A stretch of DNA of 63,950 nt, filler included, from Dirinaria sp. TL-2023a (taxonomy: Eukaryota), in the NCBI GenBank assembly GCA_051941275.1. It is 4 parts of 4 records of this genome, joined end to end, with 100 filler letters (N's around TTAATTAATTAA, not from the genome) between each part and the next. Parts side by side here need not be neighbours in the genome. Positions count along the whole stretch, not along the records: positions 32,620 to 48,806 come from JAVEBF010000503.1; positions 48,907 to 63,950 come from JAVEBF010000564.1; 2 more parts are not named here. One strand, given 5' to 3'. The translations under genes and the position numbers were made by a program. The notes beneath the pieces were generated by a model. It searched no databases. It had not been told where the DNA came from and saw only the letters and a list, made by a program, of their open reading frames with translations. This document shows positions 35,468 to 49,756 of the stretch, one piece after another; position 1 is the first letter of the stretch; each line of letters opens with the position of its first letter.

Positions 35468-38400
35468 CTATGACCGGCCATCATGCACCCGCACCTCCTG
35501 AACGCCTTGTAGATGCTTCGTTGCAAATGCTTCCTCTGCTTGCCCTCCCACCTCAGCACCCGCACTGGCCAAATCGGTCCTACCTGCTTCACCCATCGCA
35601 AAATCTGTTACACTGTCCCCGCGCGCTTCCAGCTTATCATCCAAGATCGATGGTGGGGGCGAGCCTTCTATGTACTGGGGAAATTCGGTAAGTGCGTCTG
35701 GCTCGGGGACAGAATTAATTCCGTTGGGGAGATAGTCGGATCTCTCCACATCCATACCCTGATCCTCCATGTTCGGCTCATTATGTGCTTGCTCTGCATT
35801 TTGGGCTGGAGCAGTCGCCGCAGGGGGAGGTGGTGGAGGTGGGGGAGGTGGTGTCTCCGACCTCTGACGCTTCGTGGGCGTGGCATCATCTCCAAACGTG
35901 CTCATCTCGTTACCATCGTCTTCCGCTTCCCGCTTCCTCTTGAGTAAGTCGGCGCTCGTTGGCGGCTCCATGGGCGTAATCGGTGTAGCGGATTCTTGCT
36001 TGCTCCTATCGCCGCCTTCTTTGTCCGAGAGGTCTAGACCTGGCTCCACATCGCTTTGCGTCTCCTTGTCCGCTTCTGCCGGCGTTGGTAGAACAGGAGA
36101 CGCTGAGGTGTTGGCCTCTTTCCGCTCACGTGCCGCTCGATATGCAGCCTTTTTCTGCTCGTGCGCCTTCTTCTGGGCGACAACCTTGTCGAAGAAGTCT
36201 TTGACATATTTCTTGACCTGATTCTCTTGACGGGAAGAGATGCGAGTTGGATCATCGACCCGATGGTTCTTGAAGTCTGAGTCGACAAGCTTCTTTGCTA
36301 CCTGGCACAACGATTAGTATCCAAGGCGAGTCTTACTTGCACGGCCTTAGACATACCTGCTTAGCAAACCTCTTGAGATCATCTTTGGGCAGTTTATGTT
36401 TGAACTTGTCCATAATGTATTTGACATGAGGGTGAAGCTAGCTCTTCGGTTAGCGGAGCTTCAATGAATACAGACTGTGGATAAAGAAACACACTGTGTT
36501 CTCATAGAGCTTTTTCTGCTTCTCCTCAGGATATGACCGCCATTTCTCATTGCCTTCTTTCGTCTTGCCCTTATTGTCTGCGGCAGAAGCTTGCGGAGTT
36601 GCAGAAGCTGAGGCCCTCTCTTTTCGTTCATTGGCTTTTGATTCCTCGATTTCTCTGATGATAGCGTCTAACGCTGGATTGGCGGAAGTCGGTTTAGGTG
36701 GTGGAGGAGGCGGGGCAGCTGGCGTTGTAGGCCTGGTCCATGTCGTTTCGCCAGTCGCCGTGTAGTAGTACGGAGTACCATTCGATAGGGCAGAATGCCA
36801 CCCAGCAGGTAATGGTGGATGGAATGGTCTCGGTCGGGGCGGAGGCCGTGGGCCACTGAAGAAGCCTGCACCACGTTGGGGGAAATTTCCTCGTGGACCG
36901 CTGGGAGCTGCTGGACCACGAGGGGCATCGATCGATTTCGAGCGGGAACGACTTCGCGACCTAGATCTCGACCTAGAACGGCCCCTTCTCTCCTTTGCTG
37001 CTGGTTCTCTACGCGCATTCAGCGAGTAGCGGTCAGGCTTCTCAGACGTAGTGGTATCGTTCATCTCCTTCTTCTTTCGGGGTATTCGATAGGCCACCTC
37101 AAGCGTACTCCACTCTGCTAAGAGGGCCGCGGCCTGGGTCTCCACTCGCCCATTACCACAGTTCATGAGGCTTTCAACAGTGCTCTCTATGCCTGAGTCG
37201 CTGATCTTGTTACGTGTAAGGCGCGGCAGCTTGTCGACAATATCCAAGATTTGCAGTACGACGTTGAAGTCGTCCTTCCACAAAGACATTGTAGAGCTTA
37301 AAATCCTATAGCCATGCATTCGGACGACACGATTGCGCACTTTCTCGTCGTCGCAGCGCTGTATACGGCTAAGGACTTTGACAGCGATCCATTTTTCTTT
37401 ACATTGCATCAAAGTGGCCATGACTTTGGTAACGCCGTCGACGTCCAATGATTTAGGCTGCACATTATTGACGTACTCCTCGTCATCTTCACCTGCTTTC
37501 TTCTTGCGAGGCTTCTTAGCGACGGCAGTGTCCCAACCATCTCCATCGTCAATGCCGAGGGCTTCGATGGTGACTAGGGATAATTGGGTCGCACGCTCGG
37601 TCTGAGTCTTGCCACCGATATACCCTGTACAGTTTGGTTCGCCACAGTAGCAGGGTTGTGGATCAGCTCCATATCGATCGACGTTGTAGTTGAAGACCAG
37701 CTCCTCGCCTGCTTTGATTTTCCGCTCGGCAAAAATTCCCATCCGCAATTTGTCACCGACCACCCATTTATCGACATAGCAGTTGGGATTGCAGGAGTGG
37801 TTGCAGAATCGACCCAGATTTCCTTTCTTAGTAGCATCAACAAATTCGTTCTTCGTGAGTGACATGAAGTAAAAATGCTTGATGCCCTCATCGTTGTACT
37901 GGATTGTGCGTCGTCGAAAATTGGCTTCATTAATAACCTCTCCAATATACTCAAAAATGAATTCATGAGGTCTCAAGTCAGTATCAGCTCGTAAGCCGTA
38001 GCCTTTCTTCTCTGTTTTTATCACTGTGACATTGGCGTATTGGTGCTTCTGGAAGCGTTGGTTTTGGCACTCGGGCCCGCATCCGCAATCCCCAACACAC
38101 TCAATTTTTGTAGCCCGGTTGATGCAGTCAGAATCATCCCCACAGGCAGCATTGGTCTTGGTAGAGCTGTCTGGAGTAGAGAATTAGAAAATATGACTAT
38201 CAGTCGACTTCGAGTCTCTCATGAGCTTACCCCACTCCTCTGAGCAGTCACAGTCCATGCCATGCTCGGTAGAGCCCATGTACTTCGAACCGTAGATGCA
38301 TGTTGGTATTACTTCAAACTTAGTCTTGGACTCTTCAGTCTTACTTAGATAATCATGGAAGAGCGGAGCTGGTCGAGACCAGATTTTCTGTGACGAGCTC

Positions 38401-38723
38401 CGTGCAAGTTTAGGTGGCTGCCCTGGTTCTAGCTTTACCGTTACTTGACCACCCACCGTCTCTTCATGTTCGGATTTAGTCATTTCCGATTCATGAGGAG
38501 ATTTTGAGGGACCGGAAAGTTTGCTAGGTGATCGCGAGGTGGATTTGAGGGGCTTCTCTGGAGAGATGTCGGTGTTGCCGCCCGTGGCTCCCTCCTCCTT
38601 AATACTGTTGGACTGTGACCTACTCCGATCCTTTCCCGCCCTGTATTCGTTTTTCAAATTCATTTCCCCTATAGTTTCCTCCAAACCCTTTCCGTTGTTC
38701 AAGTGGTTGTTGCTGGTAGACAT
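35468..38723 (-). CDS. SET2: Histone H3K36 methyltransferase Set2 (AWS-SET-postSET, WW, SRI); 4 coding exons
   Basis: [60 protein letters not shown] domain [17 protein letters not shown], and SRI region KLVDSDFK. Introns 38171-38230, 36438-36494 and 36302-36356 all splice in frame. Confidence 0.97.
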
Positions 38724-39720
38724 CTTTTGGGGGCCGTTGAAGTTGGAGGTAGGGCGATGGTAGGCTCACCGGCGTTTACGAAAAGAAAGTGAGTTAAGCG
38801 ATCAAAGCCTCAATTCGCGGAATACAGCATGTGCCCAAGATCCGGATCTCTGCAACCGCAAAACTCAATGTCAACCCGTCTCTTTCCCAGTGGCCGAATC
38901 ATGTCACGGACCGCTTCAGAAGGGCATGTTCTCCTCCCCAAGGGGATCTCGTATGGAAACGGTGTTGGAGAAGGTGAATGGTCTAGTAACACCCGGGGGG
39001 CCCAAGATCAGAAGTGGTCGTGTGGAAAGAAACTAAGCTAGAGAGTGACGAGAATTTTGCGCAGACAGGATTGCAAATGCAGATGCTTTGGAGCTGGCTC
39101 ACAGGATCGGGAATGGCAAGGACGGGACTTCGGCGTAACCGGCAAGTAGAGTCATCAGTCAGATTTGGACTGCTGTCGTAGCAAGGCGTGATGCGATAAT
39201 GAAGGTGGTTGTACAGAGTGCAAATGGCGCCCTGAGGCATCGATGGTAAGAATGAAATGGTGGGAAGATTTGGCTTGCACAACTTTCAACGATGTTGCGC
39301 TTCTCGGCATATCCCGCCGAGCCTCTCCATCGACTTCAATAAATGCTTTGACTATCTGGTTATTGTAGATTACAATTGTGAGTGAATATGAATCAGAAAT
39401 GCATCAAGCGCACAACAAGCCCGATAGGTCGCAGAAACAGAGAAAACGCTGTAAATAGGCGAGAAGTTGAAAGTGCTCCAGGTGGGGGAGGGTGCTCGTA
39501 CCCAACCAAAGCCAGTGCAAAACTGCGCCCCACACCATCGCACCAACGAAGCTCTCAAGTTCTCAATAATGAAACAGACGAGGAAAGTTGCATCAGGTGT
39601 AATAATGGCGCATTGAAAACTCGTCGGACAACTTGATATAATGACCCTATACATCAGCTACACTTCATGTCGTTCATAATTTGAAAGCGCTATTCCGCCT
39701 AGTCCCGCGTAACGGCTGAC

Positions 39721-39743
39721 TGGCTGGCTGGCTGGCTGGCTGG
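39721..39743. repeat. (TGGC)n microsatellite
   Basis: About 6 tandem TGGC units. Confidence 0.9.
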
Positions 39744-41023
39744 GTCTTATGGTAGAAGGCCCTGGTTGTAGCGCAACCCACCAATTCCATATTCCCTATT
39801 AGAGAGATATATACTAGCCCATCCATTCCGAAAAGGAAGGCCCAGAGTACATGTATTCATTGTTATCGTGAATGATCTACCCGACCGCTCCCAAGAAGTC
39901 GAGTCTGTAAGGGCCATGAGGGTGACACCACGGACGGGATGATGTGTCTTGCTCCGACTGGTCTACTAGGAGTAGTAGAGTAAGACGGTGAGACGGCGGG
40001 AGGAGAGGTATATAGTCGGCCTTCCAGGTGGATTTCTTCCCAGATCCCAGATCCCCCAATGTAAAGTCGACATGGGCGTTCGCATGTATACCTTGTACCT
40101 CCGAGTTCCATGGCGAGAATTATTCGATCAGTTCCGACAGATCAGCTCGCTTCTTTTGGGGCGTTAGCCTATGATGATATCCATGCTCGATACCACACAC
40201 CCAGGTGCCGGGTTTGGTAGGCTGGCGTGCAGACCAGGGGGTTTGGGGCTCGGACAGGTCCGTCTGATTCGACGGCGTCACCAAACACCACCGGCCAATC
40301 GGGGCGTGGGAGCAGACATGGAATATTAATATCAGATCGTTTGAAGATGTCGGCCTGAAAATCATGGTTCGCTAGCTTGAGTCTTTTGGATCCAAGAACC
40401 CCAAAATTCCCAATGCAACCTCAAAATGCAAGCATGTTCAGCTGCACAGTCTAGGAAATCTAGGAGATTTGTTCGCGTGGGCGGGAGAAGGGGGTTGTAA
40501 ATCTGGCAGTCGGCAGGGGAATTTATGAGGTCCGAAAAGACCCAAGCGTACAAACCACCCGAGTCCAAAGCGCCGCCCTTCCCCATCTGCTGCACGCTGC
40601 TGCTGCTGCTTGCATAAAGGCGCTGCAGCTTCGCTCGACAGACTGTCCTATTTTTCACTCTCTACTTTACTTGACTTGACTCGTTTTTTTCTCGCATTTG
40701 CTCGTTCCCATTCCAGTCAACCCCACCGAGCTCGGGGGCTTCTTTGTCTTTCTTTTGCTTTGCTACAACACGCTCGTTAGCATCCCGCTTTCATCTTCCC
40801 CTTCAAGAACTTTCCTTCAAAAAAAAAAAAAACACCCTTGACCCACTCAAGTTATGGCCTTATGATACTTGCCATCTTTCTGCCCTTTTTACCACTCTAC
40901 TTTGAATCCGCAGCCCTTTCGACCTCCCACGCCAGCCTGACACGGATTGGGTGTGATGTGACCGAACGCAGTGAGGGATACTATCAGATCCGCAGAGCGC
41001 CTCAACTGGAAAGGTGATTAGTC

Positions 41024-42107
41024 ATGACTGAGCAGCCTTTCGACGAGCGCGAAGAGGTACGACTTGTGTTCATTTGAGGTTTCAGCATACAGGATCAGAG
41101 ACCTTGATCCTGAATCGAGCATCACGTGCTTCAGTGGTGGCTAATCAGTCTTGTTGTCGCAGCGCTACTTCCTCGCCGAAATACTCAAGGATGCTCCAGT
41201 ACCTCCAAGATATCTCATGAATTGCATTCAACAGCTGAATATTCAGCCGCGGTGGAATGAGATAGCTCTACCGAACGGTGCGCCCACCTGACTTTGAAAA
41301 CTTGCAGACGCACAATCTGCCTCCAACCCAGCTCGAAACTAACTTAATACTTCAGGTCGCTCAGTGACCTCTTGTCAAAGAGCCTTCAGCCAGCTCCTCA
41401 GCCAGGTATCAGCCGATTATCCTGCTGCTGCCCGGCCGGTAGCGGTCTCACCAGCGCCCGTTAGACCTAGGAAGCGCCCTCCTGTAGGTGAAACATCGCT
41501 TCCGTTACAAACAGCTCCCGGAGCCTTCTCATCTTTCGCCTCAGTCAACGATCCTAGTACGCCGCATGCACCCACAACGACGACACAAAGCCCAGGAGGA
41601 AAGGTCCCAAAAAAGCGCGGGAGACCCAGCAAGGCTGAAGCAGAGATTCGAGCTGCTGAAGCTGCAGAGCGAGGAGAAATCTACCCAAGGCCCAAGAAAG
41701 TCAAGGCAAAGCCTCCAACAGAAGGCAGCACTGTATCCCTTCCAGCCTTCACGGCCGCCTCGGGTGAGGCGGACGATCCTTCCATTGGCGAGGACCCTCC
41801 ACCTACAAGTGCTTCGGGTGGACCAGCATCGAAGAAACGCATGCCAAAACCAAAAGCTACGAAGGAGGTGCGCACCAATCTCGAGGCCACAGCGAGTGCC
41901 GCCAGCGCTCTAGATGGCCATGGTGAAGCGTCGGGGACACAGAACTTACTGGCCGGGATCCAGGAGCATGCAGCTTCGAGCGAGCCAAGCACGACTGGAA
42001 GGACATCTCTCCCTATAGCTATTTCTCAGCCAGAGCAGATACCCACATCACGAGAGCCCCCTACATCAAACACAGAAACCGAACCTTACAAAACGCCATA
42101 CCAATAA
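41024..42107 (+). CDS. AT-hook motif protein; 3 exons
   Basis: ATG at 41024: MTEQPFDEREE / RYFLAEILKD..QPRWNEIALPNG / RSVTSCQRAF.., via introns ~41057-41162 and ~41278-41355. AT-hook KKRGRPSK. Confidence 0.8.
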
Positions 42108-43103
42108 GCGTTAGCAGCACAGCATAATAGCGTACGCGAGGATCTAGATTCTTCCATTTCGGTACACGACATCACGATATGAAGCATGCACGCACAGAAA
42201 CCAGGGGCGGCAACAGTCCAGCAAACTAGCACGAATGGGTACCACACGGAATTGCATACTGTACGCTCATGATTGAATATAGGCCGAGCTTCGAAGGATA
42301 TTTTCCATGATTCATCTCACATTGCAAGCGGGCGGGGGGTGTCTTTCCTTGGTCGGTTTGCACAGGGGCAGGGCAAAAGTTGACAATATTTCGGTATCTC
42401 ATGCTTTCATATGGATGCATCATTGGCGCAGGCGATACCCGACGGCTGCGCCTTGCACCACTAAGTCTTTTCTTTTGCTGCTCCAATCTCCATAGGCTTG
42501 AATATGTGTGTGTACTTTAGGGATGAAACGATGTCCGACAGCGAATATTCCGACCGGATGCTGTTTTGCTTGTTTTCGTTCACAAGAAAAGTGCATACTT
42601 GCAGCCGGGGTGGATATTGCCGCTGCTTCTTGGTGCTGCAGAAGGGATGATGGGATGGTGAGCAGGTCGGAGAGTCACCCGGAAGCGCAACAAAACAATT
42701 CAAATATTCATCAGTGGCTCCTGCATTCGATCGACCTCACCATGGTCACGTCCATTCGAAATTTGGCCCCAAGCAGTCACTGTACAGCCCCTTTTCTATG
42801 CGTCTCTGAAGTTTGGATCGCAAAACTTCTCTACGGACCGTCTTGTGCAGGCGTTGGATCGCCTTAGGTCGTTCTTGAAACGTTTGTTTTGTGACACCTT
42901 TTTGCCTCGTATATCGAGAGCTTTAGGTTGAGTGCAGGTCTCGAATCATGCACCACGAATGTTTCAAGGGAACCGGTACAACCCGACCTTTCGTTTTTCT
43001 GTAGGCTTGGCAGGTACGTACCCGTCGAACCTGTACATAAGGTCCAGTAAGGTAGACCAGTAAAGAGTAGATCGACGCTAGTACACGGTAGGCATTGGGG
43101 GCT

Positions 43104-43170
43104 TACCTTACCTTAAGGTAAGGTACCTAGAGGTACGGAGTACTCGTACCTTACCTTACTCGTACCTTAG
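43104..43170. repeat. Palindrome-rich (ACCTT/AAGGT) cluster
   Basis: Perfect 22-bp palindrome TACCTTACCTTAAGGTAAGGTA (43104-43125), then the near-palindrome AGGTACGGAGTACTCGTACCT and further TACCTT units. Confidence 0.85.
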
Positions 43171-44289
43171 CTCTGAGGTAGCGCTCGCCTGCACCCGGAT
43201 TTGAGATCCAGTTCCCCTGCTGTTTTCTCGGAATCCGCCGTCGCCTCTTCATGTACGGAATACCCGGGTTCCCAATTAGGTTTTGCCAAAAAGCCCAGTC
43301 CCATACCCGATAGCGGTTTTTCCTGTACCTTACACTGTGGCTTGCGGAGATACTACATACTAGGTATGCTCGATTGTCTTCGGGTTGTTGACCTTTCATC
43401 TTTCCCCACAAACAAGATTCAGAAACTAGTCTCTGTCCAACATTTCTGCAACGGCTCGAGCGCTGCGAATATTATAATGGGTACAGTGTTTTTCTCGATT
43501 TTCCTAATAGACCCCACCACAGTTCTTGAATCGCGAGCGACGGAATTGCAATGAGCAACTTTATTTCTTGCAATTAGCTTCACTTTACTTTCTTTTTTAA
43601 GGCCCTTTACGAAAGCTTCGAAGCAGCAATGATGTAAGCCGGGCCACGCACAAGCTACTGTGAGACAGATGATACGCAGGTAGCGTTCATCAGAGAATTC
43701 AAGAGAATTGAAAATCAGGCTCTACCTCCATGTACCAAGCCTTTCATCAGTGTGCAAGCACACAATGTTAAATTTAAAATAGAATGACCCGCTAAGCACT
43801 CTCTTGCAGTGCAGGTTGAAAGATGTGTACCCCGACGAAGGCTCATGCTTTCACTGCCTCAAGTATATATACAGAGATTTGTTCTCTCCTCAACCTGCTA
43901 ATGTTGGTCATAAGGATCACATGATAATGATTACTAAATCGTGGAATATTTTGGCAATTGCCAAAGGAATCGTGTAGGAGTTTGCTCTCCACACCAAGAA
44001 GGATTGGAGGAGCTTGATACAATATTCTACGCCACGCATTGTTCGGCACATTTGAAAATTTGCTGTAAGCCTTGGAATATAGAAGCCAGCACAAGAGACG
44101 CGATGTTCATGGTTCCGTTGAGTAAATTGAATTGATTGGCAGTCTCGAGAATGAGTCGATGGCTTGCGTGGTTGCACAGCTAGACTGGACCAATTAGCAG
44201 ATTTTAGACCAGAGGTACCACACAATAATATCAAGCCTCCAACAAGTGCTCCAGGTGCGATGGCCCTTCCCATGGATTCCAGGGAATCT

Positions 44290-44582
44290 CTCTGAAGTTG
44301 GGATGGTCAGCCCTGGCCGAATGCCCAATAGCATCTGCTGCTGGGAAGGGTTCCTGCATGGTGCTAACTCAATCAGTGATTAACGAGATCGCAGCTGATG
44401 ATCTTGGCCGAACGCCGCTGTCATTTGCCACGAAGATGGGACCACCAAAACCATTCGACCACTTCCTCAAACGGGTGTCGAATCATTCTCGAACCCCAAT
44501 AATCCGGAGAATCTGCGAGCGTCGCTACAAATACTCATGTGGTGGCGTTGCCGGTGACCGATTCGGTCTACCAGCACAGTGA
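44290..44582 (+). pseudogene. Ankyrin-repeat gene relic
   Basis: DDLGRTPLSFATKMG and PIASAAGKG resemble ankyrin repeats (D..GRTPLx.A...G). No intact gene around them. Confidence 0.35.
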
Positions 44583-45513
44583 GTGGAGGCCACGATCGCC
44601 GCCGAAAATGCTCCAAGATCTGGCGGAACGGAGGCGAATACGTTACCTCCAGCAGATACGGCGCTTTATTCGGCATATGCACGTTATATGAATCATGATC
44701 GGCTTACTTGGGAAACAGTTTAAGAGGAGGTACGGAAACCGGCCTACCGAAAGAAGTACTGTACGGCTTGCAGTGAGCTTTGCAAGGCGGCGCGGCCAAC
44801 AAAGTCAAAAGGTGTAACAGTCGCGAGATAACTGGAACATACTTATCCGCAAGGCCGTAAATATGGAGGCAGTGGAGCATATAACGCTCCGGCTCAGTCA
44901 GTACCAGTAGAACTCTTTGATCCAACAGCTGGCGAACATTTAGCGAAATCCAGTCAACCTCCCTAACAAGGAGTTGTCTTAGAAGAGCATCGGAGTTCAA
45001 CCCGCAAAAGAATCATCGTCAATTCGACCAATCTCTAGAACTGTTTAAGTCATCGTGAGCGCGTCAAAAGAGCAATCACAAACATGAATCAAGACGCCGC
45101 TCAATCTGGTCAGTCAAATTAATCCTCCAAATGAGGAAGGAAAATGTAGAAATCTGCCTGCACTGTAATAGGTTGCACATCACCCACCTCACAGTGCCAG
45201 TGTCTTAAGATACTTTGATAAGCCCACTTCAGTCTGGGGCCCGTGGCACCCATGCTCGCCATGCAGCCTACATACTCTAGGTATCATCTAGGTGTCATCT
45301 AGGTATCACGGCCCGTGCCTCGACCCCGTCGAATAGCCCAAGATCAGTCCAAGGCTGAAAGTCTCCAGTGCCAGCATCCTTGTCATTCTAATTTAAATCA
45401 TCAGATTTCACGTTATCCTGGAGATGTTCCTCGATACAAGGCACTTCTTCTATGCTACATATGGCATGGAAAGCCTGAATTGAGAATCATCATCCACCGC
45501 ATCAATATCCCAA

Positions 45514-47902
45514 ATGAGCTCGATCGTGTTTGGCAACGGCACTGACCTGGTGCACTGGAAATCTAGTCCAAGCACTCGTGGTACCTTTGATATCTTAACC
45601 ACATGTATCATTACCATACTGCTTTGCATATGGTCCGCCGTACATCTTAACGTTCCTCCACCAGGAAGCGTTTGGAGACCGAAACTGAGGAAAGTCGGAT
45701 GGTTGATTCTGGCACTTCTTGCACCGGAAATGATTGCTTACACTGCGTGGTGAGTGTTTCTCGCGCAGTAATTCGAAAGCAGCAGTGGTACTGTCGGCCA
45801 GTGGGTCTTATGCTCTGGCTGCTGTTTCAGACAAATGCTCATAGCAACATCATTGTGTCAGCACAGAGCCCCATATGTTTTGGCCAGGCGCCAGCAGTGG
45901 GTATTTTTTCAACTGATCTCTTTCAGAGCCATCCGATTTCTATACCTTGCTTCCGCAACTATGTGTATATGAGAACAGTATTGACTGGTTTTCGTAACCT
46001 ACAGGATGGCACGATTCCCAGAGATAGTGCTGACATACACTAGGTATCAGAGACGATTGGCGCTCCGCGTAATGCATACAGTCAACGAGGCATACCATTT
46101 ACCAGACCCTGCTGCATGGCATAAGGTAACACTGGAATATATCAAAAGTGCTGTCCAGCGACTTGAACGGATATTTAGAAATCAGGAGCAGGAACCACTG
46201 AGGGTGAATTGAGACTTCAGAGTTGCCTCATCTGAACCACGTCCATTGATCGTCTTCTAGCAACCGACCCTTGAATCTCAGAATCCTTCATCTGAAAATC
46301 GTCATGCATGGACACTAATGCATGGATTTTATGCCGTAATGGGGGGAATAGCTTTTGAGATCCCCGGAAAATATCTCACATCCCACACTGGAGAAATTTG
46401 GTTTATCAATGATATGTGGTTAAGCTTTTTATTAGAGGAAGACTCCGGCCGCAAAGTAATTCCAAATCTTTCAGAGGAAGAAATTAAAGCAAGGAGCAAA
46501 GCCAATGCACTTGCGAAGGCTTTTGTTTGCATTCAGGCTCTATGGTTCATTGCACAATGCTTGACGCGTCGTACGTAGAGAATGAATCCTTTTCAATCTT
46601 CTTGCGGAATAGACGACAGCTATTCTGACATTTTCGTACAGTCGTACATCACATTCCCATCAGTTTACTAGAGCTCAATACATTTGGTCATGCTGTCTGC
46701 GCGCTGCTGATATATCTTCTCTGGTGGGAAAAGCCTTTCGAAGTCGATTATCCTACGATGGTCGAGAGTCACCTTCTTTGGAGCATTGGCGCTTTACACT
46801 GGATGCTTAACAATCAATCACCCGCTGCCGAGTCGTTCTTTCGTGATCTGAGAGATTCTCTAGCAGGCGATGGATGGTATCAGACACTGTCAGCGGTAAG
46901 TTTCTTCCAGTCAACGTTATGCAACATTTTTCTGGTAGTGCCTTCTTCTTTGAAGACAGAGAGTCTGAGTAACCATCGAGTTATTTTTTTCTTTTCTTTA
47001 AGAACTATAATTTTCGCATTTGTTTCTTTAATAAAAATTTTGGAGCAATCCCTGCGCATTTTCCTAAACTATCGCTGCGCTCTCAACCACACCTGCTTAT
47101 AGTGAACCTGCAGAAAGAACGGCGGTCTCTTTTAGATTCATGGAGCGAATTTTCTCTTTTGGAAAGTCTAACCGACATTGAAGAGCGCAAGGTCAATTAC
47201 GAATCAATTTCAGCGCAAGAAACAGAGCACAGCGGAGATCACGAAGCGGGCTCGACCATTCTGATGCCGGGCCAAACTTTACATGGAACAGGCTTCAGGA
47301 TGGTGGATTTGAGAAGCCTGGCAAGGAAAGCTGGGATCTTGAAGTCTTTTGACGATTACGCCGGATCACACTCACCTTTTCCAGTCCTTAGCCTCACAAC
47401 CGAAGACGTCAACCGTTTTAAGATAGCGTGGCACGCTGTTAGATACCTGAAGGAAAGCAAACATGGATGGAACACGTCAACGAAGTGGACCACATTGCTA
47501 GTGTCACCAGTTCGGCGATGTGAAGATTGGCCCGACTTACGCGATATTCGGAAGCTTCCAATAACGCTCGGATTCATCGCTGCAGCATTGATGTACGGTG
47601 GACTCCACGCATTAGCATGGAACGCACACTTTGACTCATCTGCTCAGCAGCTGTTGTGGCGCATTTCCGCATGTGTGGTGATGGGCGGGTTTCCTGCCTT
47701 TTCCATCATATGGGCTTCTCCGGATCTGTTTAATCAAAAACACATGTTACTGCCCCAACTCATTGCAACGGGCTTATTACTAGTGGCGTATATACTGGCA
47801 CGAGCGTACCTGGTCGTCGAATCCTTTATCAACCTCTCGCATCTCCCAGCAGGGGTGTACGACGTCCCAAGCTGGGCTGCTTACTTCCCTCACATCTCTT
47901 GA
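45514..47902 (+). CDS. Conserved fungal multi-pass membrane protein of unknown function; 5 exons
   Basis: Family motifs W..SP..RGT.DILTTC..T..LC.WSAVHLNVP, WTLMHGFYAVMGG, SKANALAKAFVCIQALWF, ISLLELNTFGH, YGGLHALAWN and LARAYLVVESF..L..LP..VY.VPSW..YFPHI. Four GT-AG introns keep the frame. Confidence 0.88.
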
Positions 47903-48806
47903 GAGAGTGTGTCTCTCCGTTCGAAGAAAGGTTCAACTGCTCTCCGCACACCCTCAGCCACCAAAATACGGCGGATATATAAAAAGTCTGGAATCTGGAT
48001 AGGTTGAAAAAGAGCCAGAATAGGAATGAGGATGAACCAGGCGAAACAAAGAAGCGGTTTCATCATTGTTGGCCAGAGATTTCCAATCAGAAGAGATCAA
48101 ATCTAGCAAATATTCATAGACGGCCTGATATATATATATATATACATCCTTTCCTTACCAAAATCACCAAAATCATCGCATGTTCCAATGAAAATCCCCC
48201 CCCCCTCCCCGGGGCGCCACAAAAAAAGGATAAAAAAAAGATGGGGGAAAGAAAAACCTGGACTTCGAACACAAAAACACCGACTCGCACCTCGATAGTA
48301 TAGTCCCTTGAATCCGAAACAATAATTTCCTCCAAATATAAAATCGCTCATCCACTCCAGATTGGCGAGCATATGTCACAAAGGTACCATACTGTGCAAT
48401 GATATTAGCTGCAGAGCAATTTCACGCAATACCTAGATTCTCAACGGAGGTAAGAAGAAGCGCTATACTTAAGTAGCAGAAACCCCAGCTTTTGCCGTAT
48501 TCGAATCTCTTCAGTGGCAGGATTGATTTTCCCCCCCTGCTCTCCCCGGCTATCGCGTCAGAGTTTCGAGATTGGTATCTTACATGATCCGATATGATTT
48601 TCAGAATCTGTGAACCGTTTCCTCGTTCATTTAAAAAAGGATATTTCCCGTCGTCCCCCGTCTGGCCATATCAGATGCAGAGGTACTTTACAGTTCTTCT
48701 CCTCTCTCCCCTCCCCAAAAATCAAAACACCTCAAACTCCCATCCCTCTCTCCCTGAAACCTTGACAAAACAAAACAGCCGTGTATCCCCCGCCCACTCC
48801 CCCATC

Positions 48807-48906
48807 NNNNNNNNNNNNNNNNNNNNNNNNNNNNNNNNNNNNNNNNNNNNTTAATTAATTAANNNNNNNNNNNNNNNNNNNNNNNNNNNNNNNNNNNNNN
48901 NNNNNN
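48807..48906. other. Artificial contig spacer
   Basis: N + TTAATTAATTAA + N, 100 nt. Confidence 0.98.
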
Positions 48907-49756
48907 TCATTATTTCTTGTGTAACCGAGATTTCATTGGTCGGGAACACGCTCGGCGTTCACGGGTCATGCTTCGGGCCTCTGTAGGAGACCAGCCACGC
49001 GCTCAAGTACCTGCAAGCCTGCAGTGTATGCGGGCTTCAATGCGGCCTTCATCGAGCATTTGCCAAAAGCAGAACGTCCTTTGCTAACCTCTTCGCTTGC
49101 AGTTGCAATACCCATCTTTACCATGGGTCCGCTACATTACTCAGTCCGGAGATATAGCTGTGAGGTTACCCGATGTGCAATAGTAATGACTTGGCAGCCC
49201 ACTGCGGCATAGAGAGAATAGAGTGCGCTGGCCTGGCTGCAATGTACAGTAGTGCCATCTGTATGTGGCTAGCTGAACAAAAGCAACTAGAGCGAGCTCT
49301 GCAGGCGCTTGCCACCTTCAGCCATTGCTGCAAGGAACAGACTGAAGAGGTTATCATGGTGTGATAATTGTGCCACAACTGCAACGACACATCCAAAAGC
49401 GACAATATTGGAAAGGACCCCAGGGTCAAGGCTCTTGCCGGCCTCTGTATCGCCCGAGCTCGAGGGGAAACTGGCCGCCTCACCAGTCATTACTCGGAAA
49501 TGAACAGCTGGACATGTTTTGTAGTAGAAATGTATATGTATATGTGCAAATCCTTCCAAAAATACCTGAGAAGATGGGTATCGCCGTTGGGGTTCGGAAA
49601 TCTTATGCCTGACGCCGTTGCATAACCACACACCAACAACTAAAAAGCCATGCTGAGACGCACGCAACAGCAGTCAGAGCTGTCCAAGCTCAGTCAGACC
49701 GCGCGCCACCGGTCGGAGTATGTCAAGCGTATATAAAGCGGATCAACGCTCAGGGG

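Noticed and set aside
33263..37966. Long antisense ORFs over gatA and SET2 (also over the GH16 and patatin genes)
   Set aside because: Shadow frames caused by codon bias of the real genes.
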